From Lama glama (taxonomy: Eukaryota), in the NCBI GenBank assembly GCA_028534125.1, contig CM052818.1, positions 45,572,001-45,636,000 on the forward strand: 64,000 nucleotides of DNA. Direction: 5' to 3'. Position numbers and translations under genes: made by a program. Below are positions 63,745 through 64,000 of this stretch, piece after piece. The notes below the pieces were generated by a model. It saw only the letters and a program-made list of their open reading frames with translations, was not told the origin of the DNA and ran no database searches. Within the stretch, counting starts at the first letter, position 1, and each line of letters starts with the position of its first letter.

Positions 63745-64000
63745 TTTTTGATAGACTTCATTTTTTGGAGCAGCTTTAAGTTCAAAGCAAAATTGAGCAG
63801 AGAATACGGAGATTTTCCATATACCCCCTGTCCTCACGTATGCACAGCCTCCCCATCACCAACACCCCACCCCCAGAGTGGGACGTTTGTACCTGTACTG
63901 ACACATCACTACCATTATCACCCAAAGTTTATAATTTATGTTAAGGTTCACTCTTGATGGTGTACATTGCACAGGTTTGCACAAATGCATGATGTGTCTC
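63745..64000 (-). mobile_element. L1MC-like 3' end, truncated by the window edge
   Basis: gagcagctttaagttcaaagcaaaattgagcagagaatac...acacatcactaccattatcacccaaag. Confidence 0.8.

Overview
Mammalian nuclear genomic DNA, most likely a camelid (inferred from five young tRNA-derived SINE copies resembling the alpaca/camel Vic-1 type). No intact protein-coding exon is recognisable. A CpG-island promoter at ~30.6-32.8 kb appears to drive a minus-strand spliced gene whose coding part lies beyond the left edge; I cannot name it. Its candidate 5' non-coding exons are exon 1 (donor 31921), a 224-nt exon (21370-21593), a 38-nt micro-exon (11707-11744) and two further possible first exons (~13.3-13.5 kb and ~0.1-0.4 kb); two of these carry uORFs. 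The right half (33-64 kb) is upstream intergenic DNA rich in nested L1, MLT, ERV1 LTR, hAT and SINE insertions. I see no convincing novel biological system. The best second-look items are a 44-bp locally templated insertion inside a young L1 tail, a MIR core converted to a perfect NRF1 site within a motif-dense element, a 7-copy E-box minisatellite and the multi-promoter, uORF-laden leader. Repeat family names come from recalled consensus motifs, not from a search.
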